Part shown: positions 60,352 through 64,000 of the stretch, piece by piece
Position numbering within the stretch: the stretch's first letter is position 1
Layout: the number at the start of each line of letters is the position of its first letter
DNA from: the human T2T-CHM13v2.0 reference genome, Homo sapiens
Direction: 5' to 3' (one strand)
DNA: 64,000 nucleotides
Assembly: GCF_009914755.1 (NCBI RefSeq)
Contig: NC_060939.1
The notes under the pieces: model-generated
Told to the model about the DNA's origin: nothing
The model's database searches: none
The model's input: the letters and a program-made list of their open reading frames with translations, nothing else
Translations under genes and position numbers: made by a program

Positions 60352-62799
60352 TAGGATTTCTTTTGCCTATGGTTGTTGGAAACCCAGGATTCAGACCACA
60401 GGCCTAGGGACAAAGCTGTTCCTTGCACTGAGGTGGAGCTTTGCTGTCCACAGGGCCTCCAATTCCACTGCACACCAGGCACTCTTTGCCAGCTGACCAA
60501 GGCACATGTGTCACACGTAGACAGTGCTCTCTCCTAAAACTATAGGTATTACTGTGTTCATAAAACACAGTGTATGTGAAAGCACCACTGAATTCGTGGC
60601 AGCTGGTTGCTATTGTGTTTATCCCAGCCAGTGGCTATTAAAAGTATAGCTACTCTCATTGTGGAATCCTTAGTGTTTTCATGTCAAAAGGGGTCCTCAT
60701 TTATGGAGATTGAGAACCATGAGTGTACCATGTTTATTCTCAGACTGAAGGTGGCTGCAAAGTCCCACTGGGTTCTAGGACTTGGCAGTTATTATATTCT
60801 GGGCCTGTTTCTGTGGGAGTGGGGCTGTTTGTGGTTCTTATATGTCCCAAGACCTTCTTGGAGCTTAAGACATGGGATCTAAGTGGAAAGAAGGGTCAAG
60901 GATTTCCCCATATGGAGTGCCCAGTTCCAGAAGCAACTTACTGATATGATCAAAGGGGCTGGCCTTGGCCTTTGTGGGAGGCTCCCAGCTGTAGTTTCTG
61001 AAGAAGCAGCTTCAGTTACCTTCCTGGGCCCCAGTTTTCGCTACAGTTGGATAGGGATAGTCCCCCTCAGAGGTCCTTTCCTTTCTTACTCTAGGGAACC
61101 CCCTTGCTTTATTTTTCAGGACTCCTCCCCACCCCCACATCTAAATTGGTGGGTAAACCTAGGCTAGGAATCCATACATGTTGATCTCTAGTTCATGCAG
61201 TGAAGCCAGTAGCCACTCAGCAGCCCATATCCTTCAGGGTCCGTTTAGGGCCCTCCTTCTCCAGGAAGCCTTCTTGGATGTCTGCCCAGGGAGACAAGCA
61301 TCTCTTTGATAATCAGCAGCATACAGCTTTGTCTCTACCTGTTACTTGAAAGCTTCATACACAAGACCTGTCTCCCCTGCCAGCAATTTGAAGACAGGTA
61401 CCATGGCTTACTGCCACTTCTGACTTTGCTTACCTAGGTGCTCCTTATGGACAGGATGCCATCTTGGTCATTTTTGCATCTTTGGTGCCCAACAGTGTTT
61501 GGCACACAGTAGGTACTCAGAAACTGTTGCTTTTTACCATTTACTGCTGAGTCTGGCATGGTGCTGGGCACAAGGTAGCTGCCAATATAAAGGCTTGGTA
61601 ATTGCTTGAGTCAATAAATGCTAGTTGATTGAATAAATGGTTCCCCCTTAAGATACAATCCTGAGTCTTTCATCCTATTGGCCCTAATGTCCTGAGACCC
61701 CAGACAACTCCTTTTCCTTATCTGTGGCATGAGAAGGTTGGTGGAGATAATCTTTAAAGCCTCCCCCACTTTAAGGGGAAAAATTATGAATGGTTATAGG
61801 CCAACTTCCAGTTTATTTCAGTAAACATTTAATAAGCACATATTATGTGCAGGGCAAGATGAATAAGACAAAATGCCAACTGTCAGTAAGCCTATGGCTT
61901 ATGAGGGTTAAGGGGAGACACATGCACAGCTCAGGGCAGCCCCAAACCTGTGCCAAGCCAAGGAATGAGCGGTGTGCCAGGGACTGGGAAGTTAGGCACA
62001 GATTTTTCTTGAGGCAGAGGTGAGTGGGGAGGGCTCAGTGGGAGGCCCATCTCTGTCTCTCATTGGCCCCCTTCTGCATGACAAACCTCAGGACATCAAT
62101 CACTTCTTTGAAAAGACTTCAGGACCACATTTGGGGAAATTAGGTTTAGAACAGCAGAGGCCTTGCTGAAAGGTGGTTCACCAAAGACAGAATTTTTAAG
62201 CACTAGATGTCATTAAAATCTTAATTGGCTCACTCAAAATTAAGGCAATGAAAAATTAAAGTTGATTTCCACTTGGCTCCTGCTGAGATTCTAGGGTGCC
62301 AGTGACCAGGGTTGAGCCTTATTCTTTACTGACGGGCAGGAGCCAGCAGGGCAGGGGAAGCCAGGCTGGAGATACTGCAGAGGAAGCAATGTCCCTGGCT
62401 CTTGGCTGCTTAGAAACTTTCTGGTTATGAACACAGGCTGTGCAGCAACCTGGTGTTAATTATTTATCTGAGAACCTATACTGCCAGAAATGACTATATT
62501 TCTTTCTCTTTGCTGCTCATCACCTTGGGACTGGCTAGTAGGTTCACTTCTGAAATGCTTATTAAGCACTTCCTGTATTCATGGCCTGCTTTTACTGAGC
62601 ACTTACTATGTGCCAGGCACTGTTAGCACTTTATAGGTAGTAACTCATTTAAGCTTCAAAACAACCCTGTAGTTGCAAGGATAATTATCTGTATTTTATG
62701 GATGGAGAGTTCAGGCCCTGAGAGGTTAAATGACTTGCCCAAGGTCATAAACCCCAGCAGTCTTGCTCCAGAGCTGGGTTCTTAACTACCGTGTTATCC

Positions 62800-63520
62800 A
62801 TATCTCAGTGTGTGGCAGGCAGTGGATACAATGGTGAATAAGGCAGATGCCTCCATATAGCTGATGGCCACATTAGGGAGGCAGATAATAAACAGTTACC
62901 ACAGTTGTCATTGAACTCTGATTTAAGTACCACAATAGGAAAAGTGTAGGGTAGAAGAATTAATAAAGGGAGTGCTTTTGTCTTGGTCAGGTTGGGGTGG
63001 GTATTGTAGCAGGGGAAGTGCCTTCCCAGAGGAAGAAAGCTTTACATTGAAATCTGGTAGACAAGGAGTTATCAGGTGAAAAGGGGAAGGAATGATCCAG
63101 GCAGAGGGAATGGCATGTGCAAAGGCCTGGAGTCAGGAAGGTGGTTGGCTTCCTGAAGAAGTAGACTGCAGCCCTGGTGGCTGGAATGTAGTGAGCCACA
63201 AAGTGAACAGAGTGAGGTGGAGTCAGGCAGAGCCAGATCCCGTGGGCCCTGGGCCATGGTAAGGATTTAAAATTTTATGTAAGAGTCGTGGGAAGCCACT
63301 GAGGCATTCTGAACAGGGACTGAAATGGCAGATCTGGGTTTGAAAAGTTGACTCTGGCCACCAGGTGCAGAATGAATGCAGCTGGGCAAGAGCGGAGGCC
63401 AAGGCAGTGCCAGATGCGGGATGGTACCCAGCAGACCGTGTGGTGGCAGTGGGATGGAGAGAAGTAGATGGATTCACCTTGTATTTAGGAGGCAGGCTGA
63501 CAGGATAGATATAAGGACCA
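62800..63520 (-). mobile_element. L2 LINE remnant
   Basis: ccaggcagagggaatggcatgtgcaaaggcctggag...gggaagccactgaggcattctgaacaggg, typical L2 motifs. Confidence 0.65.
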
Positions 63521-63750
63521 GGATTCTGAGACTGGACTAAGGAGAAAGGCCCTTGTCCCCTTCTCCATCATATTCTCTAGATTGAGCACTTACACCAACC
63601 ATATGTCAGCTTTTGACCTACTGGAGTGACTCCAGTGCCTTGGACAGAGCTTATACCTAATAGATGTTCAATAAATATTTACTTGAATTAAATGGAATGG
63701 AGAACTGGAACCCAGAGCAGATAAAGGGAAAGATGCATACTCAGGGATCA

Positions 63751-63999
<249 letters not shown>

Positions 64000-64000
64000 G

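Overview
Human (primate) genomic DNA recognisable as the RAB11A / MEGF11 locus (chr15q22). It holds the complete five-exon RAB11A gene on the + strand (ATG 5010, TAA 23264, 216 aa ending CCQNI). RAB11A has a CpG-island promoter sitting back-to-back with an intact tRNA-Gln(CTG) gene (4486-4557, - strand). The 3' half of MEGF11 converges on the - strand: 14 coding exons from 63951 down to the stop at 33358, giving 616 aa (EGF-like repeats, transmembrane helix, Tyr-rich tail), with a poly(A) signal at 30741-30746. About 30 Alus plus MLT2A, MLT1, ERV1 LTR, MER20, MER5, Tigger and L1/L2 remnants fill the introns and explain many of the short ORFs in the track. I see no unknown gene system. The most unusual signals are: (i) a 161-bp, 97.5%-identical copy of part of a MEGF11 tail exon that keeps its donor and can form an in-frame 108-nt exon, next to a ~415-bp tandem duplication; (ii) a 58-bp inverted, locally templated insertion inside an Alu in RAB11A intron 4; (iii) Alu-flanked RAB11A exons 2-3 whose circle would be a stop-free ORF; (iv) several candidate alternative MEGF11 tail exons; (v) an in-frame upstream ATG for RAB11A. 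Repeat subfamily names and repeat boundaries are by eye and approximate.
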